A DNA stretch of 51,167 nt from Melioribacteraceae bacterium (GTDB taxonomy: Bacteria > Bacteroidota > Ignavibacteria > Ignavibacteriales > Melioribacteraceae): positions 1-51,167 of the forward strand of contig JALWGH010000076.1 of assembly GCA_027013735.1 (NCBI GenBank). Direction: 5' to 3'. Made by a program: the position numbers and the translations under genes. Positions 29,211 to 39,680 of the stretch are shown here, piece by piece. The notes beneath the pieces are model-generated. The model was not told the origin of the DNA. It worked only from the letters and a program-made list of their open reading frames with translations, and did not search any database. Every line of letters begins with the position of its first letter. Positions within the stretch are counted from its first letter, which is position 1.

Positions 29211-29280
29211 GATTCATTCATCCATGCATCCGATCATCCGTAATGTGAAATTTTCCACTTTCCATTTTCCACTTTCAATT
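29211..29280 (+). repeat. Mosaic intergenic repeat, locus B (G-module plus W-module)
   Basis: gattcattcatccatgcatccgatcatccg, then aaattttccactttccattttccactttcaatt. Confidence 0.75.
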
Positions 29281-29404
29281 AATTATCTTTAACACCTCAC
29301 CAATTACAGCCTTCATCGGCAGCTCAATTTGTTTCCTCCCTTGCTTAACCCTTGGCATTTTAATAATTTGCATGTTCATTTTAAAATAAAAATTACGGAC
29401 GGCA

Positions 29405-31873
29405 ATGAAGTATCCTTTCAAAGAAATCGAAGAAAAATGGCGTAAAATCTGGGAAGAGAAAAAAGTTTATTCAACCGATTTAACCGACCTTGAGAAAAAG
29501 CTTTACACATTGGTAATGTTCATTTATCCCTCGGGGGCAAAACTGCATATCGGTCATTGGTACAACTACGGACCCACAGACTCGTGGGCGCGTTACAAAA
29601 AGCTACGCGGCTACAATGTTTTTGAGCCAATGGGTTACGATGCCTTTGGTTTGCCTGCGGAAAATTACGCAATCAAAACCGGCATCCATCCTTACGACAG
29701 CACAATGCAAAATATTAAGGATATTCGTGACCAGCTCAAAAAAATGGGTACGATGTACGACTGGAACGCCGAGCTGATGACTTGCGTACCCGAGTACTAC
29801 AAATGGAATCAATGGTTGTTCTTGCAGATGTACAAGAAAGGATTGGCTTACCGTAAAAATGCGCCCGTAAATTGGTGCCCTTCCTGCCAAACGGTTTTGG
29901 CAAACGAGCAGGTTCAGCCGGACGGCACTTGCGAACGCTGCGGCACGCCGGTGATTAAGAAAAATCTGACCCAGTGGTTCTTAAAAATAACCGATTACGC
30001 CGAAGAACTTTTGAACGACCTCGACAAAATAGATTGGCCCGAAAAGACCAAGCTGATGCAGAAAAACTGGATTGGTAAAAGCACGGGCACGGAAATTAAG
30101 TTTCAAATTGACGGCTCGGAAAAAACGTTTACGGTTTTTACCACCCGTCCCGACACGCTCTTTGGGGTTACCTACGTGGTGCTTGCTCCCGAACACGAGC
30201 TTGTGCAGGAAATTACTGCGGAAGAACAAAGATCCGACGTGGAAAAATACATTAACGAAGTCAAAAACCTTTCCGAAATTGAGAGGACTTCAACGGCAAA
30301 AAAGAAAACGGGAGTCTTCACCGGCGCTTACGCAATCAATCCCGTAAACGGCGAGAAAGTGCCCATCTGGATTGCGGATTACGTTCTTGCAAGCTACGGA
30401 ACAGGCGCCGTAATGGCTGTGCCCGGGCACGACGAAAGGGACTTCGAGTTTGCGAAGAAATTTAATCTGCCAATTCGTAAAGTAATTTTACAGGACGGCA
30501 CAAAAGAAGAAGACGAACTTACCGAAGCCTACACGGAAGTAGGCACAATGATTAATTCCGGGCAGTTTAACGGCTTGCGCTCGGACGAGGGAATTGAAAA
30601 AATTACCGACTTCCTCGTGGAAAAAGGCGTTGGTCAAAGGAAGGTAAATTACAGACTCCGCGATTGGTTGATTTCACGTCAGCGTTACTGGGGCACGCCG
30701 ATTCCTGTTGTTTATTGCGACAAGTGCGGCGAGGTTCCCGTGCCTGAAGACCAACTCCCTGTTGAACTTCCTTACGATGTGGATTTCAAGCCGAGCGGCG
30801 AGTCCCCGCTTGCAAGGAACGAGAAATTCATTAATACTACTTGCCCCGTCTGCGGCGGACCTGCAAAGCGCGACCCCGACACAATGGACACGTTTGTTGA
30901 TTCCTCTTGGTACTACTTGCGTTATTTGAATCCGCATTACGAAGAAGGGATGTTCGACACAGACCTTGCGGACAAATGGACGCCTGTTGATATGTACGTT
31001 GGCGGCGCTGAGCACGCAACAATGCACTTGCTCTACGCAAGATTTGTTCACAAATTTTTAAGGGACATCGGACTTGTTCACAGCGACGAGCCGTTTGCCA
31101 AACTTGTTCACCAAGGGACAATTACAAACAAAGGCGCAAAGATGTCCAAGTCCCGGGGCAACGTGGTTAACCCGGACGACTTCACCAACGAATACGGCGC
31201 GGACGTTTTCAGAATGTACCTAATGTTTATGGGTCCTTACGAATTCGGTGGAGACTGGAACGACAAGGGAATTGTAGGGGTGGACAGATTTGTGCAAAGA
31301 GTTTACACACTCTTTTCGAACAACAAGGACTTGCTTAAGAAAGTTACGCCCAAGGAAAAATATTCTCTCAACGACTTAACCGGAGCTGAAAAATCCGTTT
31401 ACTCCAAAACAAACGCAACGTTACAAAAGGTAGAAAACGAAATTGAAAACTTCGGCTTTAACACCGCCGTTGCTGCGTTAATGGAATTACTCAACGAGCT
31501 TACTAAAAATGCGGATGCAATCAGTGACGAAATGAAAGCTTATGCCCTTGAACACTTTGCAGTAATGCTCGCACCGCTTGCCCCGCATCTCGGGGAAGAG
31601 GTCTGGAGCTTGTTGGGACACGAAAAATCCCTCTTCGAAAATCCTGTTTGGTTTAAATATGACGAAGCCGCACTGGTTAAAGAAGAAGTAACAATTGCAG
31701 TTCAGGTTAACGGCAAGGTTAGGGGTAAAATTCAAATCCCGCTGGATGCCGAACAGGAAGAGGTTAAGGAAATAGCTCTTAACAACAACAATGTAAAAAG
31801 ACACACGGAAGGCAAGACAATCGTAAAAGAAATATTTGTGAAAAATAAAATTTACAACATCGTGGTTAAATAA
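29405..31873 (+). CDS. leuS: Leucine--tRNA ligase
   Basis: 822 aa; the HIGH-like motif here is LHIGH; KMSKS present; CP1 editing domain. Confidence 0.97.
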   Translation: MKYPFKEIEEKWRKIWEEKKVYSTDLTDLEKKLYTLVMFIYPSGAKLHIGHWYNYGPTDSWARYKKLRGYNVFEPMGYDAFGLPAENYAIKTGIHPYDSTMQNIKDIRDQLKKMGTMYDWNAELMTCVPEYYKWNQWLFLQMYKKGLAYRKNAPVNWCPSCQTVLANEQVQPDGTCERCGTPVIKKNLTQWFLKITDYAEELLNDLDKIDWPEKTKLMQKNWIGKSTGTEIKFQIDGSEKTFTVFTTRPDTLFGVTYVVLAPEHELVQEITAEEQRSDVEKYINEVKNLSEIERTSTAKKKTGVFTGAYAINPVNGEKVPIWIADYVLASYGTGAVMAVPGHDERDFEFAKKFNLPIRKVILQDGTKEEDELTEAYTEVGTMINSGQFNGLRSDEGIEKITDFLVEKGVGQRKVNYRLRDWLISRQRYWGTPIPVVYCDKCGEVPVPEDQLPVELPYDVDFKPSGESPLARNEKFINTTCPVCGGPAKRDPDTMDTFVDSSWYYLRYLNPHYEEGMFDTDLADKWTPVDMYVGGAEHATMHLLYARFVHKFLRDIGLVHSDEPFAKLVHQGTITNKGAKMSKSRGNVVNPDDFTNEYGADVFRMYLMFMGPYEFGGDWNDKGIVGVDRFVQRVYTLFSNNKDLLKKVTPKEKYSLNDLTGAEKSVYSKTNATLQKVENEIENFGFNTAVAALMELLNELTKNADAISDEMKAYALEHFAVMLAPLAPHLGEEVWSLLGHEKSLFENPVWFKYDEAALVKEEVTIAVQVNGKVRGKIQIPLDAEQEEVKEIALNNNNVKRHTEGKTIVKEIFVKNKIYNIVVK

Positions 31874-31894
31874 CGACAGGTAAAAGGAGATTTA

Positions 31895-33175
31895 ATGTTA
31901 GACTTAAAGTTCATCAGGGAAAATCCCGAAAAGGTAAAAGAAGCCGTTAAAAACAAAAACGAAAAAGCGGACATTGACGAGATTCTACGTCTGGACAAAG
32001 AGCGCCGCTCTCTGCTTCAACAAACGGAAGAGTTAAAAGCCGAACGGAATAAGGTCTCTCAGGAAATCGGGAGGCTGAAAAAAGCCGGTGAAAATGCGGA
32101 TGAAATCATTGCAAGAATGAAAGAAGTATCCGACAAAGTTAAAGAACTTGACGAGCAAGTTAGAAACGTTACGGAAGAGTTAAACAATCTCCTTGCGTGG
32201 GTTCCGAATATCCCCCACGAGAGTGTACCTGTCGGTAAAGACGAAAACGACAACATCGAGGTTCGCAGGTGGCTGCCCGAAGGATTTGAGTTCGAGAAAA
32301 AAGATTTTGTTAAAGACCACCTTGAGCTCGGCAAAAAATTAAAAATACTTGACTTCGAACGCGGTGCAAAAATCAGCGGCTCAGGCTTTGCCGTTTACGT
32401 GGGCAAAGGCGCAACGCTGGAAAGGGCTCTGATTAATTTTATGCTGAATTACCACATTGAGAAGCACGGCTACACGGAAATTTTCCCGCCATTCTTGGTT
32501 AATCGCGAATCGATGTACGCAACGGGGCAAATCCCCAAGCTGGAAGAAGATATGTACCACGCAAACAAGGACGACTTGTTCCCAATTCCAACCGCCGAAG
32601 TTCCGGTTACAAATCTTCACAGAAACGAAGTTCTTTCCGAAGATGACTTGCCCAAGAAATACGTGGCTTATTCGGCGTGCTTCCGCCGCGAGGCAGGCTC
32701 TTACGGCAAGGAGTCCAAGGGCTTCCTGCGAGTTCACCAATTCAACAAAGTGGAAATGGTTAAGCTTGTCAAACCGGAAAGCTCTTACGATGAGCTCGAA
32801 AAAATAACAAGCGATGCCGAGGATATCTTAAAAGCGTTGAACATTCCTTACCGCGTTATTCTGCTTTGCACGGGAGATTTAAGTTTTTCCGCCGCAAAAT
32901 GTTACGACATCGAAACGTGGTCTCCCGCAGAGGAAAAATGGCTGGAAGCTTCCTCGTGCAGTAATTTTGAGGATTTTCAAGCGCGCAGGGGAAACATTAA
33001 ATTCAGGAACAAGGAAACAAAGAAACTTCAGTTCGTACACACTCTTAACGGTTCCGGTTTGGCTACAAGCCGTTTGATGGTTTCGTTGCTGGAAAACAAT
33101 CAGACGCCCGACGGGAAAATAATTGTTCCCGAGCCTCTCCGTAAATACACGGGCTTTGATGTTATTGAACCGTAA
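31895..33175 (+). CDS. serS: Serine--tRNA ligase
   Basis: N-terminal coiled-coil arm and class II motifs (FRREAGS..., TLNGSGLA). Confidence 0.97.
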   Translation: MLDLKFIRENPEKVKEAVKNKNEKADIDEILRLDKERRSLLQQTEELKAERNKVSQEIGRLKKAGENADEIIARMKEVSDKVKELDEQVRNVTEELNNLLAWVPNIPHESVPVGKDENDNIEVRRWLPEGFEFEKKDFVKDHLELGKKLKILDFERGAKISGSGFAVYVGKGATLERALINFMLNYHIEKHGYTEIFPPFLVNRESMYATGQIPKLEEDMYHANKDDLFPIPTAEVPVTNLHRNEVLSEDDLPKKYVAYSACFRREAGSYGKESKGFLRVHQFNKVEMVKLVKPESSYDELEKITSDAEDILKALNIPYRVILLCTGDLSFSAAKCYDIETWSPAEEKWLEASSCSNFEDFQARRGNIKFRNKETKKLQFVHTLNGSGLATSRLMVSLLENNQTPDGKIIVPEPLRKYTGFDVIEP

Positions 33176-33199
33176 GCCCTTTTGAACTCACCCTTGTTT

Positions 33200-33619
33200 T
33201 TACATTCCAACGCTTACGGTGTCGGAAATTTCTGCGCTTTGCGAGCTGAGGTCGTCTCTAACAAAATAATGAACTACGTATTTCCCTTTTGCAAAGGTAG
33301 AATCGAGCTCAATTTGAACTTCAATCGGCACGTCGGAAATTTCTTCCTTTTTGTTCACATCCTTAATTCCGTCGTAAGCGTTTTTCAAAGTATCTCCGGC
33401 GGGAGTTATTAAATCGATGGAGTAAGATAATTTGGCGATGTATTGATCTTTGTTCTTCTCCTGCCGTAATCCTTTAACTCTTACCGAGCCGTTAAGTTCC
33501 CAACCGCTGTCAAGCTCGTAGGCAAAAGATTCCGGCGAAAAGAGCGCAAGCTTTTCTTCCTTTTTGGAACAAGCTGTTACAATTAAGATTACCGATGCTA
33601 TTAGTGCGAGTTTTTTCAT
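33200..33619 (-). CDS. Lipoprotein of unknown function
   Basis: Signal/lipobox MKKLALIASVILIVTAC; 139 aa; no family recognised. Confidence 0.55.
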   Translation of the reverse strand: MKKLALIASVILIVTACSKKEEKLALFSPESFAYELDSGWELNGSVRVKGLRQEKNKDQYIAKLSYSIDLITPAGDTLKNAYDGIKDVNKKEEISDVPIEVQIELDSTFAKGKYVVHYFVRDDLSSQSAEISDTVSVGM

Positions 33620-33638
33620 TTTTATTTAAGTCCTAAGG

Positions 33639-33750
33639 AATAAGTCTTAAGTAACGAGTAATTCGTCTTACGTCTAAATTACTTGTCGCGCCGAAGCCAA
33701 GCATAGCGCAGGCGTAGGCGGATTTCTCGTTTCTTCTTTCTTATTTTATT
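33639..33750 (+). repeat. Mosaic intergenic repeat, locus C (S, C and T modules)
   Basis: aataagtcttaagtaacgag..., then cttgtcgcgccgaagccaagcatagcgcaggcgtaggcgga, then tttcttctttcttatttt. These match the modules at 38188-38387 and 41217-41392. Confidence 0.8.
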
Positions 33751-33781
33751 AAAAATCTCCGCCCCCGCCTCAGCAGGGGCG
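33751..33781 (-). terminator. Probable terminator downstream of serC
   Basis: cgcccc...ggggcg hairpin. On the minus strand it is followed by gagattttt. Confidence 0.55.
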
Positions 33782-33787
33782 TTTGTT

Positions 33788-34876
33788 TTAATTGTTTTTC
33801 TTAAAGTCTTTCATGAACTCGACCAAATCTTCAACGCCTTTTTTCGGGAAAGCGTTGTAGATTGAAGCTCGCAGTCCGCCTACGGAACGGTGTCCTTTCA
33901 ATCCCACGAAGCCTTTTTCCGTTGCCTCGGCAACAAATTTTTTCTCAAGCTCTTCGTTCTGCATTCTGAAGGTTACGTTCATCAGCGAGCGGTCTTCTTT
34001 TACGGTAACGGTTCCTTTGTAGTAACCGTCGCTTTCGTCAATGAAATCGTAAAGCATGTTGGCTTTTTCGAGGTTAAGTTTGTACATTGCATCCAAACCG
34101 CCGTTTTTCAAGAGCCACCTGTAAACCAAACCTATTACGTAAACCGTGAATGCAGGCGGAGTGTTGTAGAGGGAGTTTTTCTCCGCGTGGGTTTTGTAAT
34201 TCAGGTAAGTGTGTAATGTGTCCTGCGACCTTTCGAGCATGTCGTTACGAATAATTACAAGAGCTGCACCTGCAGGACCCATGTTCTTTTGTGCGCCTGC
34301 GTAAATTAAAGCGTATTTGTTCACGTCGATTTTCCTGCTGAGGATGTCCGAGGATGCATCGCACACAAGGGGCACATTTCCAACCTCTGGCTCGGTCTTA
34401 AATTCCGTTCCGAAAATAGTGTTGTTGGAAGTAAAGTGAACGTAAGAAGCTTCGGGGTCAAGTTTCAATTCGTCCTGACGGGGCAGGCGCGTGAAGTTTT
34501 CATCTTCCGTGGAAGAGGCGATGTTTACCTCGCCAACCCTTTTGGCTTCCTTAATTGCTTTCTTAGACCAAGCGCCGGTGTTAATGTAATCGGCTTTGAA
34601 ATTGGGTGGCATTAAGTTCATTGCAACCATTGAAAATTGCAACGTTGCTCCGCCCTGAAGGAACAAAACGCTGTAATTGTCGTTAATGTCGAGCAATGTC
34701 CGCAAGTCCTTTTCTGCATTCTTGATTATTTCGTCGAAAGTAGCGGAGCGGTGGCTCATTTCCATCACCGACATTCCCGTGCCTTTGTAGGAAAGCAAAT
34801 CTTCTTTAACTTCAAGCAAAACTTCCTCCGGCAGAACAGCCGGGCCTGCGTAAAAATTATAAACTCTCTTTTCCAT
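33788..34876 (-). CDS. serC: Phosphoserine aminotransferase
   Basis: YNFYAGPAVLPEEVL...MSHRS...GAQKNMGPAG (PLP-Lys region); 362 aa. Confidence 0.92.
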   Translation of the reverse strand: MEKRVYNFYAGPAVLPEEVLLEVKEDLLSYKGTGMSVMEMSHRSATFDEIIKNAEKDLRTLLDINDNYSVLFLQGGATLQFSMVAMNLMPPNFKADYINTGAWSKKAIKEAKRVGEVNIASSTEDENFTRLPRQDELKLDPEASYVHFTSNNTIFGTEFKTEPEVGNVPLVCDASSDILSRKIDVNKYALIYAGAQKNMGPAGAALVIIRNDMLERSQDTLHTYLNYKTHAEKNSLYNTPPAFTVYVIGLVYRWLLKNGGLDAMYKLNLEKANMLYDFIDESDGYYKGTVTVKEDRSLMNVTFRMQNEELEKKFVAEATEKGFVGLKGHRSVGGLRASIYNAFPKKGVEDLVEFMKDFKKNN

Positions 34877-34896
34877 TTTTCTTCTTCCTTATTTTT

Positions 34897-36135
34897 TTAG
34901 ATTAAATGCACAAGTAAACCGTCGCGTAGTTTCGGCTCGAACCATGTGGATTTGGGAGGCATGATTTCCCCCGCATCCGCAATGTTCATCAGGTCGTCCA
35001 CCGAAACAGGGTAAAGCGAGAAGGCGACCTTTGCCTTGCCTTCGTTAACGAGTTTTTCCAATTCTCCCGTTCCGCGTATCCCGCCGATGAAATCGATGTT
35101 AGTGTCCGTGCGCGGGTCTTTAATTCCAAGAACGGGACCGAGTAAATAATTCTGAAGAATGCTGACGTCCAAATTTTCGCCTACATTGTCTTCAACTTCC
35201 TTAACGTTTTCGTTCGGCTTCAGTAAGTACCATTGGTTCTCAAGATACATGCAAAAAGTTCTTTTCTCCGGCGGTTCGGGATTTTCGGTTTTTTCAACAC
35301 TGAAGTTGTCCCCGACTTTTTTCAGAAATTCGTCAACCGTCAAATTATTCAATGAAAAGACTACCCTGTTGTACGGCATTATTTTCAATTGCTCGGCGGG
35401 GAAAAGCACGGCAAAAAAGTAATTGTATTCTTCTTCCCCCGTGTGGGAAGTGTTTTGTTCTTTCATTACTTTTTGAGCTCTGCTTGCGCTTGCCGCGCGG
35501 TGATGCCCGTCGGCAATGTAAAGATTTTTAACTTTTTGAATTTCAAAAATGACGATGTCGTTGTAATCTTCCGGCATTTTCCAGACGACATGTTCAATGC
35601 CGTCTTCAGCCGTAAAAGCGTAAAGCGGTTCTGTTTCTTTCATTGTTTTTTCCACCGCCATGTCAATTTCGTGCACGCCGCGGTAAGTCAAAAATACCGC
35701 GCCTGTCTGGGCTTTGGTTGTTACAATGTGATTTGTCCTGTCGTCTTCTTTTACTTTTCTTGTTTTCTCGTGTTTTAAAATTACGTTGTTGTCGTAATCT
35801 TCAACGGAGAATGTTGCCGCAATTCCTACCTGCGTTTGCTCTCCCATTGTAAGTTTGTAAACGTAGAAAGCGTCTTCTTCGTCTTGAATAAGGGGAGCTT
35901 CCTTTTTTAATCTTTCGAGGTTTTCTTTTGCTTTTTCGTAAACAATCTTGTCGTACGGGTCGGTTTCTGCCGGTAACTCAATTTCGGAACGGGTAACCCG
36001 CAAAAAGCTTAACGGATTGTCCTTTGCCAATTCAGCCGCTTCTTCCCTGTTGACAACATCATAAGGAACACTTGCCACCAAATGCGCAACTTCTTTAGCC
36101 GGTCTTAATGCTTTAAAAGGTCTGATTACTGCCAT
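34897..36135 (-). CDS. DUF1015 domain protein
   Basis: AVIRPFKALRP...YIADGHHRAASA motif typical of DUF1015. Its stop lies 20 nt from the serC start, on the same strand. Confidence 0.7.
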   Translation of the reverse strand: MAVIRPFKALRPAKEVAHLVASVPYDVVNREEAAELAKDNPLSFLRVTRSEIELPAETDPYDKIVYEKAKENLERLKKEAPLIQDEEDAFYVYKLTMGEQTQVGIAATFSVEDYDNNVILKHEKTRKVKEDDRTNHIVTTKAQTGAVFLTYRGVHEIDMAVEKTMKETEPLYAFTAEDGIEHVVWKMPEDYNDIVIFEIQKVKNLYIADGHHRAASASRAQKVMKEQNTSHTGEEEYNYFFAVLFPAEQLKIMPYNRVVFSLNNLTVDEFLKKVGDNFSVEKTENPEPPEKRTFCMYLENQWYLLKPNENVKEVEDNVGENLDVSILQNYLLGPVLGIKDPRTDTNIDFIGGIRGTGELEKLVNEGKAKVAFSLYPVSVDDLMNIADAGEIMPPKSTWFEPKLRDGLLVHLI

Positions 36136-36283
36136 TGTCCTACTCCGAATTTAATCCGTAATAATATTTTCTGTTCCCTTCGTAAAAATATTTTATTTGG
36201 CGTTAAATGTCTATTACATTCTGTTGACAGCCTAAAATAACCCTGTAAACATTGGTTATTCGCTGTCTTTCCGAATTTCTAAC

Positions 36284-36928
36284 TTAATATTGCACGCCGA
36301 TATTCAATGTAATAAAAACGCTTCCGAAATCTTTTCGTTTTCTGCCTGCCATTGATTCCACTCCGTCGTTGAACATATGCACAAAATAATAACGGAGATT
36401 CATTCCAAACAAATTGGTTCTGTCGTTTCCGAAATTTGCGCCAAAGCCCACGTAGCCGCCCGCGGCAAGGTAGCTTTGTGCTTCCTTGAAAGAATTAAAA
36501 AATTCAAGCTCATAAGGAGTGGTAACGATGTAAGTTGGTCCCGCGCCGGCGTTGACGTACGGACGGAAGTTTTCGGTAAGGGCTTTCGAAAAAAGCCTGT
36601 ATTGCAATCCGAAGTTTAAGGGTAGTAAAAACACGCGGTTCTTTTTCCCGATAGTGAACGTTCTGCCCCAGTAGTCAATGTATTGTACTTCGTGTTCGTC
36701 TTTCGATTCCGAGATGGAAAAATCCGCAAAGCCTGTTAGCTCTTTTGTAAAATTTCTCCGCAGGAAAGTCCCGAAGCCGAATCCCCCCTCGCCGAACATT
36801 AAATCAATGCCCCAAGCATGGTCGGGGAATTTTACCGGTTTCGGTTCTTCCGCCATTTTCCCAAGTTTTTGTGGAAATACCGTAGTTCCGAAAATTAATA
36901 GAAACGCGATTATCGACTTTTTCAACAT
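36284..36928 (-). CDS. Small outer-membrane beta-barrel protein
   Basis: Signal peptide, alternating aromatic/Gly beta-strand pattern, and a C-terminal ...LNIGVQY aromatic residue. Confidence 0.55.
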   Translation of the reverse strand: MLKKSIIAFLLIFGTTVFPQKLGKMAEEPKPVKFPDHAWGIDLMFGEGGFGFGTFLRRNFTKELTGFADFSISESKDEHEVQYIDYWGRTFTIGKKNRVFLLPLNFGLQYRLFSKALTENFRPYVNAGAGPTYIVTTPYELEFFNSFKEAQSYLAAGGYVGFGANFGNDRTNLFGMNLRYYFVHMFNDGVESMAGRKRKDFGSVFITLNIGVQY

Positions 36929-37148
36929 AACTTTACCCGAATATTTTGCGAAGTAAAATACAAATAAAATCAGAAAAACAATAGTAAAATTTAACGGAAT
37001 AATTTTCTTTTATTTTGCTTGCCAGAAATTATTTCCCTAACTTGTGAACCTAATAATATTATTTAAGCCTTCCTTTTGGAATCTTAACATTCGAACTCGA
37101 GAAACTTGAAGAAGGGCAAATTCATTTAATCTAAATAAGGAGTAGAAA

Positions 37149-37412
37149 GTGAATATCTACGTGGGCAATATGCCAAGAAGTACAACCGAAGCGGAACTAA
37201 AAGTAAAATTTGAAGCCTTCGGCGAAGTTGAAGATGTAAAGTTAATTAAAGATCATTTTACAGGCGAATTGCGCGGTTTCGGTTTTGTGCGTATGCCTTC
37301 CGACCAGCAAGGACGGGAAGCAATTAAATCTCTTAACGGTACGGCAATGGGCGGAAGAACCCTTACTGTAAACGAAGCTCGTAAAAAAGGGAATCAGAGA
37401 AGATTTTTTTAA
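37149..37412 (+). CDS. RRM-type RNA-binding protein
   Basis: MNIYVGNM (RNP2) and RGFGFVRM (RNP1); 87 aa; GTG start behind an AAGGAG SD. Confidence 0.9.
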   Translation: MNIYVGNMPRSTTEAELKVKFEAFGEVEDVKLIKDHFTGELRGFGFVRMPSDQQGREAIKSLNGTAMGGRTLTVNEARKKGNQRRFF

Positions 37413-37419
37413 TTTAATA

Positions 37420-37445
37420 CCGCCCGGTGAATTACTGCCGGGCGG
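37420..37445. terminator. Hairpin shared by convergent genes (possible bidirectional terminator)
   Basis: ccgcccgg-N10-ccgggcgg. It overlaps the stop codon of the minus-strand HAD gene and is followed by aaactttt. Confidence 0.45.
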
Positions 37446-38103
37446 AAACTTTTCCCCCGAAAATATTTTCGCACATCTCTGTGAGGGAGTCGAACACTGG
37501 CACGCCGGCTTTAAGCAAAGCTTTTTTACTCTGATGTCCTCTCGAAATCAGAACGGCATCGGCGCCCATTTCAAAGGCGACTTCGGCGTCGTGCACGGTA
37601 TCCCCTATTAACAAAGCCTTTCCGCCGTTCAGGTTTAATTTTGAAATGAGCTCCTTCCCAAGCTCGAGTTTGCTTGCCGCGTAAATGTTGTCCAATCCTT
37701 TTACTTCTTCAAAATATTCAAGCAAACCGAAATGCTCGAGCATCTGCAAAAGTGTGTGCAGTGAATACGCCGAAAGCACGGATTGTTTGATGTTTAATAC
37801 TTTTAAGTTTTGTATTGCTTTTAATGCGTCGGGGAAAATGTCGGCTTCGAATTTTCTGCGTTCGTATTCGTCCATCCATTCCCGCCCGATTACCTCAAAG
37901 CTTTCTTTCGAGTAGTCGAAACCGAGCTTGTCGTAGTAGGACTTTACCGGAAAAGTAAAGATGTCCTTGTATTTTTCAACCGTTAAAAGTTCCAGTCCCC
38001 GTTTTTCGAGCAGACCGTTAATGACGTCAACGCAAAGGTTAACATCGTTGAATATCGTTCCGTTCCAATCCCAAATAACGTGCGAGTATTTAGATTGTGT
38101 CAT
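37432..38103 (-). CDS. HAD-superfamily hydrolase (phosphoglycolate phosphatase-like)
   Basis: VIWDWNGTI (DxDGT-like motif I, here DWNGT) and LLIGDTVHD (motif IV). Confidence 0.78.
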   Translation of the reverse strand: MTQSKYSHVIWDWNGTIFNDVNLCVDVINGLLEKRGLELLTVEKYKDIFTFPVKSYYDKLGFDYSKESFEVIGREWMDEYERRKFEADIFPDALKAIQNLKVLNIKQSVLSAYSLHTLLQMLEHFGLLEYFEEVKGLDNIYAASKLELGKELISKLNLNGGKALLIGDTVHDAEVAFEMGADAVLISRGHQSKKALLKAGVPVFDSLTEMCENIFGGKVSARQ

Positions 38104-38187
38104 TTTTCCCGGTTAATTAGTGCACACTTACTTTAATAAACATTTTTGTTCCTTTGGGTTTCAAATATAAAGACAATTCAATTATTA

Positions 38188-38387
38188 AATAAGTCTTAAG
38201 TGACGCGTGACGAGTCTCAAGTCTCTGTTCACTGTTATCCGTTCTCTGAATAGGGCGTCTTGCTTGTCGCGCCGAAGCCACGCAAGATGCGGGGCGGAGG
38301 CGGACGTCTCGCCTCTTGCTTGTCGCGGCGTATCCCGAGCATAGCGAGGGCGAAGACGGGACTCTAGCGAAAATAATTTCTTATTCA
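38188..38387 (+). repeat. Mosaic intergenic repeat, locus D (S module, C module duplicated in tandem, T module)
   Basis: aataagtcttaagtgacgcgtgacgagtctcaagtctctgttcactg, then two 57-nt C units starting at 38256 and 38313 (tcttgcttgtcgcg...), then aataatttcttattc. Confidence 0.8.
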
Positions 38388-38511
38388 ATTCTATTTTTAT
38401 CACCAATATTTCTTGTACTACTATTTACTAAACTATTGAATGTCTGTTTATTCTTTGTCACATCTTAACTAAATTTCAATCTCGGAATTAGAATAATAAT
38501 CGGAGAAACAA

Positions 38512-39618
38512 ATGAAACTGCGCCGTTACATTTTTGTTGTATTTCTCATTACTGCAACATTCCTAAATGCACAGGACAGCCTCAAGGAAAGTTACAATTT
38601 CGAAATGCTGTACAAAGTAAAAATTACTCCGGTAAAAAGCCAATACAGAACAGGCACTTGTTGGGATTTTGCAACAACCTCATTCGTTGAAACGGAAATT
38701 TTAAATAAAAGTGGAAAGGAACTTGACCTTTCCGAGATGTACATTGTGAGAAGAACTTACCCGCGCAAAGCCGAGCGCTACGTGCGTTTCCACGGCAAGG
38801 AAAATTTTTCCGAAGGAGGACAGGCTCACGACGTAATTGAAACAATTCGGCAATTCGGAGTTGTTCCACAGTCGGTTTACAATGGTAATGTGGAAGACCC
38901 GAAAACGTACAGTCATCGCGAACTTTACTCGGTGCTGAAAAATATGCTCGACGCCGTACTAAAGCAAAAGCATCCTTCGAAATATTGGAAGAAAGCTTTC
39001 TCCTCCGTGCTTAACGTTTACCTCGGAACTCTGCCAAAAAGTTTTGATTACGAAGGTAAAACTTTCACACCGGAAACATTTTTAAAAAGTCTCGATTTCA
39101 ATTGCGACGACTACGTGGAACTTACCTCGTTTACTCATCACCCGTTTTATTCCAAGTTTGTTTTGGAAGTGCCCGACAACTGGAGCCATGCGGAATATTA
39201 CAACATCCCGATTGACGAGCTGATTAACGTAATGAAATACGCATTGAAAAACGGTTATTCGATTGCGTGGGACGGCGACGTTGGTAAGGAATATTTCAAA
39301 CGGGACGGAATTGCAATTGTGCCTGTGGATTTCAAATACAAAACTTACCCGCCCGAAGAAAAAGAAATAACACAGGAATTACGGCAAAAAGAATTTGACA
39401 ACTTCCAAACAACCGACGACCACCTGATGCACATCACCGGTTTGGCAAAAGACCAAAAGGGAGAGTTCTTCTTTTACACAAAAAACTCGTGGGGAACAAA
39501 ACGCGGCTTTGACGGCTACTGGTACATGTCCGAGCCCTACGTACGACTTAAAACAATTGCGATTATGGTAAACAAAAATGCCGTTCCGCAAGAGATAAAA
39601 GAAAAATTAGGATTTTGA
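38512..39618 (+). CDS. Secreted C1-family cysteine peptidase (aminopeptidase C / bleomycin hydrolase-like)
   Basis: Signal peptide; QYRTGTCWDFA (catalytic Cys), DHLMHITG (His), KNSWG (Asn region). Confidence 0.78.
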   Translation: MKLRRYIFVVFLITATFLNAQDSLKESYNFEMLYKVKITPVKSQYRTGTCWDFATTSFVETEILNKSGKELDLSEMYIVRRTYPRKAERYVRFHGKENFSEGGQAHDVIETIRQFGVVPQSVYNGNVEDPKTYSHRELYSVLKNMLDAVLKQKHPSKYWKKAFSSVLNVYLGTLPKSFDYEGKTFTPETFLKSLDFNCDDYVELTSFTHHPFYSKFVLEVPDNWSHAEYYNIPIDELINVMKYALKNGYSIAWDGDVGKEYFKRDGIAIVPVDFKYKTYPPEEKEITQELRQKEFDNFQTTDDHLMHITGLAKDQKGEFFFYTKNSWGTKRGFDGYWYMSEPYVRLKTIAIMVNKNAVPQEIKEKLGF

Positions 39619-39680
39619 ATTCAAAAAAATTTTTCAGAGTAAATTCTTTTTCTTAAAAACAAAGAAGAAAGAGGTGAATA

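Noticed and set aside
38185-38406. 73-aa minus-strand ORF (…RYARDTPRQARGETSASAPHLAWLRRDKQD…)
   Set aside because: It lies entirely within mosaic repeat locus D. Its low-complexity sequence is a translation artefact of the S/C modules, and no RBS is present.
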